From the IMG/VR virus record IMGVR_UViG_3300037991_005720, positions 1 to 25,838 of that record: 25,838 bases of DNA; one strand, given 5' to 3'. The DNA is from a virus. Taxonomy: Duplodnaviria > Caudoviricetes. The translations under genes were made by a program, and so were the position numbers. This document shows, in pieces, positions 1 through 6,140 of this stretch (position 1 is its first letter; each line of letters begins with the position of its first letter). Below the pieces are notes generated by a model. That model saw only the letters and a list, made by a program, of their open reading frames with translations, searched no databases and was not told the DNA's origin.

Positions 1-2
1 GG

Positions 3-128
3 GTCGCTCAAGCTAAATACGAATTACTAAGAGCAAGAGCTAAAGGTGGAGGAACCTTAGTAGAGTGGGACAAAGATTGGTCAGATAAGTTTTTTAAGAT
101 GGTTGACCCACCAAAAGAGCAAAGTTAA
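3..128 (+). CDS. 3' end of a hypothetical protein running in from the left edge (partial)
   Basis: Open frame from base 3 (VAQAKYELLRARAKGGGTLVEWDKDWSDKFFKMVDPPKEQS) ends at TAA 126-128, on the same strand as nearly all other genes. Confidence 0.6.
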   Translation, partial: VAQAKYELLRARAKGGGTLVEWDKDWSDKFFKMVDPPKEQS

Positions 129-224
129 CTCCGTATACAGAGCATATACAATTAAACACAAGGGGACTGCCCACTCTAACCCAATAGAGAGTTCTTTAAA
201 ACGCTACATTTGAGTAAAACTCAA

Positions 225-410
225 TTAAGGTTTTACATCAAGACCGATGCAAAACTTTGGCGGTAGCACTTTTGCTTCAATGTTCACGCCTACTCTGGTA
301 GCAGGATCAGTGAAAGGAACAGGAATGCTTGCCCCTGTGTTAAGTGACTCACAAGAAACACTGCAAGCTAACAAAGAAGCTGCGCCAATAAGGATAAGAA
401 TCTTTTTCAT
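225..410 (-). CDS. Small lipoprotein (61 aa)
   Basis: MKK, a hydrophobic stretch and a lipobox-like Cys (LLAC16 or SVSC20). It has its own divergent promoter just upstream and is the only convincing minus-strand gene. Confidence 0.75.
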   Translation of the reverse strand: MKKILILIGAASLLACSVSCESLNTGASIPVPFTDPATRVGVNIEAKVLPPKFCIGLDVKP

Positions 411-416
411 TCATCA

Positions 417-444
417 AAAATACACACTAACACAAATCAGTCAA
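417..444 (-). promoter_or_regulatory. Putative sigma70 promoter for the lipoprotein gene
   Basis: The minus strand reads TTGACT-16 nt-TATTTT. The -10 element ends 6 nt before the ATG at 410, which suggests a leaderless transcript. Confidence 0.45.
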
Positions 445-456
445 GGCTAATCAGTA

Positions 457-484
457 TTGACAAATATTCTACACGTGGTATATG
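457..484 (+). promoter_or_regulatory. Putative sigma70 promoter for the glycosyltransferase
   Basis: Perfect TTGACA at 457-462, then TGGTATATG at 476-484 (imperfect extended -10) shortly before the ATG at 492. Confidence 0.45.
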
Positions 485-491
485 AACCAAG

Positions 492-1199
492 ATGATACCC
501 AAAAAAATACATCACATTTATTTCAACTGGGACGGTGATGATCTTATACCAAACTATGTTAACGAAACGCATGACTTAAACAAAATAGAATTATACTCAA
601 AATGTTTATACAGATGCCAGACAATAAATAACGATTACGAGCATATTTTATGGAATAACCAAATGGCAACAGACTTGGTCGCTGACAAGTTCCCACATGC
701 ATTAGAGTTTTACCACAATATGAGATACGACATACAAAGATGTGATTTCATAAGGTACTGCATACTTTACGAGCATGGAGGGATTTACAACGATTTGGAC
801 ATATTAGCCTTAAAAAAGTATGACTCAATCTTGGACAGAGATCTTTTAATGTACAATTCCAACGATGAGTACGTAGAGCAAGACTTCATGGCTTCCGCAC
901 CAAGAAATCCGTTATGGAAACTTATGGTTGATGAAATCATAAGAAACTACAAGGAGAAAGAAAAAATAAAGATTTACGAAAAGTGGAAAGGTCGATTCGT
1001 GTTACAAACTACTGGACCGAGATTTGTCGGTAGATTTTTCAGAACCCATCTAAAAGATTACAAGCCAGAAAAAAACATAGTTTGGGGTAGGCATTCAGAA
1101 GCAGGAGGACAAGACAAAAGCAAGTGCATCGCATTAGATTACAAGCGTGGTGGTTGGTTACCAGAAGTGAACAAAATTTGGTGCGCTGACGAAAAATAG
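492..1199 (+). CDS. Glycosyltransferase, DXD sugar-binding type (OCH1/GT32-like)
   Basis: N-terminal IPKKIHH, RCDFIRYCILYEHGGIYNDLD (DxD motif), FMAS..P.NPLW and TTGP motifs. Confidence 0.88.
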   Translation: MIPKKIHHIYFNWDGDDLIPNYVNETHDLNKIELYSKCLYRCQTINNDYEHILWNNQMATDLVADKFPHALEFYHNMRYDIQRCDFIRYCILYEHGGIYNDLDILALKKYDSILDRDLLMYNSNDEYVEQDFMASAPRNPLWKLMVDEIIRNYKEKEKIKIYEKWKGRFVLQTTGPRFVGRFFRTHLKDYKPEKNIVWGRHSEAGGQDKSKCIALDYKRGGWLPEVNKIWCADEK

Positions 1200-1208
1200 A
1201 ACATTCAG

Positions 1209-1409
1209 ATGACTAAAATTTCAAAAGCAATCAAAAGTAAAGCAGGTCGAAAGCCTCTGCCCAAAGGAAACAAAAGGGAAATGCACTCTACCAGATTGGC
1301 TCCTGATACAATAGCCACACTCAAAAAGCTCAAGTCAATCAAGGGTAAACCAATGTCAAGAGTGATAGAAGACCTCATAGCAAAAGAAGCAAAAAGGCTA
1401 GGTCTTTAA
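1209..1409 (+). CDS. Small DNA-binding protein, ribbon-helix-helix/CopG-like
   Basis: Basic 66-aa protein with an AGRKP arm, a beta-strand (MHSTRL) and two helices ending SRVIEDLI. Confidence 0.6.
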   Translation: MTKISKAIKSKAGRKPLPKGNKREMHSTRLAPDTIATLKKLKSIKGKPMSRVIEDLIAKEAKRLGL

Positions 1410-1427
1410 TTATTTTAAATAAATGTA

Positions 1428-1456
1428 TTGACATAAATAACAAGAGAGACGATAGT
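1428..1456 (+). promoter_or_regulatory. Putative sigma70 promoter
   Basis: TTGACA (1428-1433)-17 nt-GATAGT (1451-1456), preceded by an AT-rich tract. The ATG follows at 1463. Confidence 0.5.
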
Positions 1457-1462
1457 TCACTC

Positions 1463-2032
1463 ATGTTAAATTCAAACTATGTATTCGTTTACGGAACCCT
1501 GCAAAAAGACTTCGGCAACCATAGAGTCATGGAAGCCTCACGTGGGTTATTCATTTGCAAGGGTGAAACAAAAGATATTTACCCACTAACAGTCGATGGG
1601 CTGCCCTATCTCCACGACATGAAAGGAGTCGGAGAAAATGTTTCGGGTGAAATATACAAGGTCGATGACTTAAGACTGTTGGATCAACTCGAAGGACACC
1701 CAATGTTCTACAGAAGATCGCTCATCGATATCAAGATTGATTCAAATTCACTTCGATTAGCTGAGTGGATTGAAGAAGAAGCCATCAGGAGAAGAGATGA
1801 CACTGAGTTTCTTTCAAACTGGAGAGGTGAGCCAATGCTTCAAGAAGATTTGTGGTATCACTTCGATCACCATCTTTTTGAGAAAGACATCACCTTGCCA
1901 GAGTCGCAAGATGAAGTATTGCCATGTTGGGCATACTTCATTCAGAACAGTTCACTACAAACTCTCGATGATTTCGAGGGAGTCAAAATGCACAAATCTT
2001 TTCACGAAGCACGTGAATACCAAAACCAATAA
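1463..2032 (+). CDS. Gamma-glutamylcyclotransferase (AIG2/YtfP-like) family protein
   Basis: VFVYGTL..NH, VSGEIYKV, LDQLEGHP.FYRR and CWAYF motifs. Confidence 0.85.
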   Translation: MLNSNYVFVYGTLQKDFGNHRVMEASRGLFICKGETKDIYPLTVDGLPYLHDMKGVGENVSGEIYKVDDLRLLDQLEGHPMFYRRSLIDIKIDSNSLRLAEWIEEEAIRRRDDTEFLSNWRGEPMLQEDLWYHFDHHLFEKDITLPESQDEVLPCWAYFIQNSSLQTLDDFEGVKMHKSFHEAREYQNQ

Positions 2033-2044
2033 CCAATAAAAACT

Positions 2045-2674
2045 ATGCTAGTATCAACACCATCACAACTACTACAAATGTCAGACGGCTCCGTGCCTGA
2101 GGCAATCACGGGAGTACTGACTAACCTTCAACCAAATCCAGTATCAGGAGGAGAAGGTGACAAGAAGTACAAATTTCAGAATGCGAACCTTACTCAAGAC
2201 GGAGAAAGCATCAGAATTGTTTTCAACAACAGGGAAGATGTTCCACAAGAGTTAGTCGGACAGCAAATCATTGCCAAGTGCAGAAAGAATGACAAGGGAA
2301 TGTACGGACTCAAGAGGAAGAAAGGTAGAGAGTACCAAGGCAAAACCCCTCCAGAGATATGGGTATACGCAGGTGCAGAGCTATCAGCACAAGGTCAGGC
2401 AACTGCACCCACTGAAGCTAAACCAAGCACTCCAACCCAATCTGCACAAGTACCTGACACTGATGCAGTAACGGAGGCTAAAAAGAAACTACTTCAAATG
2501 GGTAACGCCATGAGTATGTGCTACGATACAGCTTTGTGGGTAGCTAAGACTCAAGAGGAAAAGAACGATTATGTTATGACAGAAGCACAAGTCCAAGCAA
2601 TGGCTTCGAGCTTTTTTATCAAGTCGGATAGAGACGGGATCGTGAGCAGAATCCCACAGAAACCAATCAGCTAG
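2045..2674 (+). CDS. Putative single-stranded DNA-binding protein (RPA-like OB fold)
   Basis: The pattern ITGVLT...KFQNANL.QDGESIRIVF...EYQGK..EIWV resembles RPA/SSB OB-fold strands. A Pro/Thr/Ala linker and a helical C-terminus follow. Confidence 0.5.
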   Translation: MLVSTPSQLLQMSDGSVPEAITGVLTNLQPNPVSGGEGDKKYKFQNANLTQDGESIRIVFNNREDVPQELVGQQIIAKCRKNDKGMYGLKRKKGREYQGKTPPEIWVYAGAELSAQGQATAPTEAKPSTPTQSAQVPDTDAVTEAKKKLLQMGNAMSMCYDTALWVAKTQEEKNDYVMTEAQVQAMASSFFIKSDRDGIVSRIPQKPIS

Positions 2675-2687
2675 GAACTACACCTTT

Positions 2688-2772
2688 GGGTGTTAGGAAT
2701 AGAGGCAAGAGAGAACCTTGCACAAGGAGATGGATTCATAGTTGCTACTCCTGCATTTAACACCTAACACCC
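2688..2772 (+). ncRNA. Candidate structured intergenic RNA (three-way junction)
   Basis: A perfect 10-bp closing stem GGGTGTTAGG/CCTAACACCC encloses hairpins GCAAG/CTTGC (2705-2721) and AGGAG/CTCCT (2725-2752), followed by TCTTTTT. Confidence 0.55.
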
Positions 2773-2782
2773 TCTTTTTATC

Positions 2783-4624
2783 ATGAGACGAAAAATCAAA
2801 TCGATATACCTAGATAACATCAAAGGTCACTTCGACAGGAAGTACGAGTTGGGCGGTAGAGATACATTCCACGGAAAAAATGGACAGGGAAAGACTGCGA
2901 TACTTGACGCAATCAAGCTAGCAACCCTCGGTGAGCATGATGTATTCGGAAAGCAAGGCAAAAGCATAAAGCAACTGTCGAACGGCTCATCAGAGATGAC
3001 TGCGGAAGTTGAGTACACTGACGGCACAAACTCTACCTTTAAGCTCAAAGGCACAACTAAAACCACAACAGGAGAAATAACTGATCCAAGTTTTAGGCTA
3101 GGGCTAATGCCAGATAAGTTTTGGGACGCAAGCAAGAAATCCAAGACGCAACACCTACTGGATTCCGTAATGGCAAATCGGGAAGCAGGTGACCTAATCC
3201 CAATCGATCAACTACAGAAATCGATAACAAGAGTACGCCATAAAGACATGGTAACTAAAGGGGAGGACAGTGAACTGGACACCTTGAAAGAGTGGGCAGA
3301 TAAAGCAAAGGCAACAATCCAACACAGTGCAGATATAGAAGGCTTGAGAAAGTTAGAAGAATCAGCGAACAAACAAAAGTTGGAAGCCTCAAAGAAATAC
3401 AGAGATTTAAAGCGATTCATAGAGACTGAGAGAGAACCTAAGGATATAGACTTGAAAAAAGCTGAAGAGCTAAACCAAGAATTGCAAAGAAGACAGCAAA
3501 ACGAAGAAGAACTGCTCAAAGCCATAGAAGAAGGGTTTGAAGGTCCAAACCCCTGCTATGTTTTGGCAGAGTCCACAATAGTTGACGATATCAAGCAGGT
3601 TCGAGCAGAAATGCAGGAAAAGATGGACTTAGCAGAAATGGAGGCAAGGGAGATCAAAGCAGGAATCAAGGACACACAAGAATACCTAACCAACAATGCT
3701 GTAATAAATAAAGACAGAGTGTTCATGGATCACCCACCAACAGAAGGTAAGGAGGTAGCAATCACAGCCACAGCATACTACAAAGGCGATGACTTCATGC
3801 TCAAAGATGAAACCATACGTTGGAGCGACATTGAAGACAAAGGCATAGAAGTCAATCAGCATCTTTTGGCTAATCTTCAGTTAGAGCTATCCTCACTAGA
3901 AGAAAGCATAGCGCAATACCAAAAGCAGATAGATGAAGCAACAGAAAGCATAACGGAAACGCAGGAGCGGAATAAACAACAATTGATCTTCACAAAAGTT
4001 GCAGAACGCTTAGATGAAGTGGGTAGACCAATAGAGGAAACACAACGTCTCATAATTCAGCACCATGAGAATTTAGAGAACATAGCTTATGGATCATACT
4101 ACAAATCAAAAGAAAAGGAGTTGGCAAAGGCAGATAGAACTGTCGCTACCCTCAAAGCCATACACAAAGTAATCGAGCAATACTTAACTGACGTAACAGA
4201 CTCAATCGTATCAGACGTTCTTGGAACTTTAAATGTCGTGACAGAAAACATAATTGCGGAAGAAATAGAATGGAACGGCTCCACAATAGGAATCACAAAA
4301 GACTACGGGGATATGAACAAACAGTGGATACCGATAGAGGCATTCAGTGGTGCGCAACAAGCAGTAGCAAAGATAGCACTGGCAGTAGCAATGGCACAAG
4401 GAAGTTCACACAGGATAGTAGTACTCGATGAACTCAGCAGGTTAGATAAAGACAACAGGAGAAGATTGGTGATGAACCTCAACTTGGCGCAAACTAAAGA
4501 CATCATCGACCAATACATACTGTTCCCCATAGAAGGATGCTTCAGCAAGGATGTAACGCTACCTCCAGAGGGACAGAGAGAAGAGTTCGAGATAACATGC
4601 ACGGAGGTGAAAAGAAATGATTAA
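2783..4624 (+). CDS. SbcC/Rad50/SMC-like ABC ATPase with central coiled coil
   Basis: Walker A GKNGQGKT, a long coiled-coil region, signature FSGAQ, and Walker B/D-loop VVLDELSRLD. Confidence 0.85.
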   Translation: MRRKIKSIYLDNIKGHFDRKYELGGRDTFHGKNGQGKTAILDAIKLATLGEHDVFGKQGKSIKQLSNGSSEMTAEVEYTDGTNSTFKLKGTTKTTTGEITDPSFRLGLMPDKFWDASKKSKTQHLLDSVMANREAGDLIPIDQLQKSITRVRHKDMVTKGEDSELDTLKEWADKAKATIQHSADIEGLRKLEESANKQKLEASKKYRDLKRFIETEREPKDIDLKKAEELNQELQRRQQNEEELLKAIEEGFEGPNPCYVLAESTIVDDIKQVRAEMQEKMDLAEMEAREIKAGIKDTQEYLTNNAVINKDRVFMDHPPTEGKEVAITATAYYKGDDFMLKDETIRWSDIEDKGIEVNQHLLANLQLELSSLEESIAQYQKQIDEATESITETQERNKQQLIFTKVAERLDEVGRPIEETQRLIIQHHENLENIAYGSYYKSKEKELAKADRTVATLKAIHKVIEQYLTDVTDSIVSDVLGTLNVVTENIIAEEIEWNGSTIGITKDYGDMNKQWIPIEAFSGAQQAVAKIALAVAMAQGSSHRIVVLDELSRLDKDNRRRLVMNLNLAQTKDIIDQYILFPIEGCFSKDVTLPPEGQREEFEITCTEVKRND

Positions 4625-4823
4625 TCAGGACAGCTACCCAAATTGCGAAACAAAAGAGCAAGCACTCAACACTATAGGGAGACTAATACTACATAGAGCC
4701 ACTAGGAGAGAGATAGAGACATGGCTAGAGATAATGATAGAACATAACGCATTCCAACCATACCCACAGGATGAGAGCATAAATAAGACCATTAAGCATA
4801 ACTTCCTACATAGAGAGACATAG
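4617..4823 (+). CDS. Hypothetical protein
   Basis: The start overlaps the end of the ATPase gene and is preceded by GGAGGTG (SD-like). Confidence 0.6.
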   Translation: MINQDSYPNCETKEQALNTIGRLILHRATRREIETWLEIMIEHNAFQPYPQDESINKTIKHNFLHRET

Positions 4824-4942
4824 CCAGTACCCAGTAAGCCATAGCCAAAAAAATGTCTGGATGTTACCCAGATTCGCTTTGGAGAAATAACAAAAGGGGG
4901 CAGATGTCGCAAAACTCAAAAACAAACTAGAAATACAAACAG

Positions 4943-5158
4943 ATGCCAAAGCAAAAGAGACTGACGTTCAAGCCAACGATATACAAGCTAACGATATACG
5001 CCACACACTGGTGTGGGAGTGGAGCAAAGCAGAAGGAGAAGAAGGTAGACTTACGGGATGAGGTGGAGGAAATGATATGGAACATACCTGCAATGAATTT
5101 ACTTTCGCCCGTTTCAGTGGAGACTATAGCCATAGAGGAGAATAACGATGCCGAGTAA
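4943..5158 (+). CDS. Hypothetical protein
   Basis: Co-oriented ORF that overlaps the start of the next gene. Confidence 0.55.
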   Translation: MPKQKRLTFKPTIYKLTIYATHWCGSGAKQKEKKVDLRDEVEEMIWNIPAMNLLSPVSVETIAIEENNDAE

Positions 5159-5363
5159 CCACATAAGCAACGAACCGTACCATGAATGGCTAAGAGATAC
5201 AGCCAGACGCAAGGAACAAGAGAAGAAGATAGCCAACCAGTACGTATCTACACGTCCGCTACCCACTGGAGGATGGGAGATAGTGGTGCGAGTAACCAGT
5301 GACGATGAGTTGCCAGTTACACTCAGGAAAGTATACGAATCTATAGGAAAGAAGGCAGAATAG
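5148..5363 (+). CDS. Hypothetical protein
   Basis: GAGGAG upstream of the ATG. It overlaps the previous ORF and is the last gene before the non-coding interval. Confidence 0.6.
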   Translation: MPSNHISNEPYHEWLRDTARRKEQEKKIANQYVSTRPLPTGGWEIVVRVTSDDELPVTLRKVYESIGKKAE

Positions 5364-5451
5364 TTATGGGGGTACCTAAGGTTTTTTTTGACACGCCTGC
5401 CCTATATATACAGCGTTTGCGAATTATTTTACGTTTTAGGTATCTTTTTTA

Positions 5452-5479
5452 TTGATATACGGGCAACAAGTGCTAAGAT
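5452..5479 (+). promoter_or_regulatory. Sigma70 promoter driving the ncRNA cluster
   Basis: TTGATA (5452-5457)-16 nt-TAAGAT (5474-5479) with extended -10 TG and an upstream T-rich tract. The spacer contains the ACGGGCAACAA motif. Confidence 0.7.
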
Positions 5480-5487
5480 TCAAGTAC

Positions 5488-5536
5488 GTTAATTGAAATT
5501 AACTGCTTGGATGCGTTCAAGCCGATCTTTGAAAAC
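5488..5536 (+). promoter_or_regulatory. rrn-leader-like antitermination element (two hairpins plus boxA-like sequence)
   Basis: Hairpins GTTAAT/ATTAAC (5488-5503) and GCTTGGA/TTCAAGC (5505-5522) directly precede GATCTTTGAAAAC (5524-5536), which resembles bacterial rRNA-operon boxA. Confidence 0.6.
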
Positions 5537-5550
5537 AGCACATCGAATTG

Positions 5551-5699
5551 AGAGCTTCTATCAGCCTACTAGGTCAGATACGAAGTAGGCTCCTTGGGAA
5601 TAGTAGGCTAGGGTTTGATCACCAGAAGGTTCGACTCCTTCTCCCACGCAGAGTCAATGATCTTAGGAAGTGACACCCTAGTCGGTTGATAAAAGCTCT
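5551..5699 (+). ncRNA. Structured RNA domain 1, containing a tRNA T-arm
   Basis: Ends pair as AGAGCTT/AAGCTCT and TATCAGCC/GGTTGATA. The internal hairpin AGAAGG-TTCGACT-CCTTCT (5624-5642) has a canonical T-loop. Confidence 0.7.
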
Positions 5700-5704
5700 T
5701 TACC

Positions 5705-5852
5705 CAGTAACCAGAACAATATGCCAGTAGGCACGTAACACTGGAGACTCGCCAACGCTGCAGAACGCAACAGTGCCTCAGGTCATGCGACTAACAGGTT
5801 GGTAGGAAATAACCTAGAAAAGAAAAGTTGGTTTCGTGCCACTTGGTTACTG
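5705..5852 (+). ncRNA. Structured RNA domain 2, probable pseudoknot
   Basis: Closing stem CAGTAACCA/TGGTTACTG (9 bp). The loop of hairpin CCAGT/ACTGG contains GGCACG, which matches CGTGCC at 5835-5840. An inner stem GCCAAC/GTTGGT encloses further hairpins. Confidence 0.68.
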
Positions 5853-5858
5853 ACAATT

Positions 5859-5933
5859 TCGCCACCCAATGCCTCGAGGGACACTACCCAGAGATGGTAC
5901 CTAAATGTGAACGTAAATAGGGGTGGGTGGCGA
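5859..5933 (+). ncRNA. Structured RNA domain 3 (75-nt cloverleaf-like fold)
   Basis: A perfect 10-bp stem TCGCCACCCA/TGGGTGGCGA encloses CCTCGAGG, TACC/GGTA and CCTA/TAGG arms. Confidence 0.65.
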
Positions 5934-5944
5934 TACCTCTTTAT

Positions 5945-6032
5945 GGAGAAGAGTAGCTCGGGTGCCACTGACGAGTGGGTAACATCCTAGCTACAATGTT
6001 GGCAATTGCAGGTTCGATTCCCGCCTTCTCTT
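5945..6032 (+). ncRNA. tRNA-like RNA (non-canonical, no assignable anticodon)
   Basis: A 7-bp acceptor-like stem GGAGAAG/CTTCTCT stacks on the T-arm GCAGG-TTCGATT-CCCGC, and TAGCTC lies near the 5' end. The anticodon-like arm has a 10-nt loop and no CCA is encoded. Confidence 0.6.
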
Positions 6033-6096
6033 CACCTTTCATGGAAATGGCAAGTCATAGTAGACTGCCAAAACAAACATAAACACAAACTACATT

Positions 6097-6135
6097 AGCC
6101 TCACTGCGTTGGTAGTTGCGTAGTGAGGTTTTTTT
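6097..6135 (+). terminator. Rho-independent terminator closing the ncRNA cluster
   Basis: Stem AGCCTCACTGCG/CGTAGTGAGGTT running into a T-tract. Confidence 0.8.
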
Positions 6136-6140
6136 ATGCC

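Noticed and set aside
247-450. + strand ORF of 67 aa
   Set aside because: It is antisense to the lipoprotein gene, which has a clear signal peptide and its own promoter.
5388-5413. Perfect TTGACA at 5388-5393 as a second promoter
   Set aside because: There is no -10-like hexamer at 16-18 nt spacing, and the TATATA run is too close.
5783-5990. ORFs 5799-5990 (+) and 5783-5968 (-) inside the non-coding interval
   Set aside because: Both are short with no recognisable motif (the + ORF has a TTG start), and they cut across strongly paired RNA domains. They are more simply explained as chance ORFs.
5945-6032. Calling this a canonical or amber-suppressor tRNA (CTA occurs in the loop)
   Set aside because: The loop is 10 nt with no U33-anticodon-purine37 register for CTA, the spacing after the acceptor stem is off by 2 nt, and there is no CCA.
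5551-6032. Identification as tmRNA, RNase P RNA or a hammerhead ribozyme
   Set aside because: I found no GGGG..G/TCCACCA tmRNA ends or tag ORF, no GAGGAAAGTCC RNase P motif, and no properly arranged CTGANGA/GAAA core. A covariance search is still needed.
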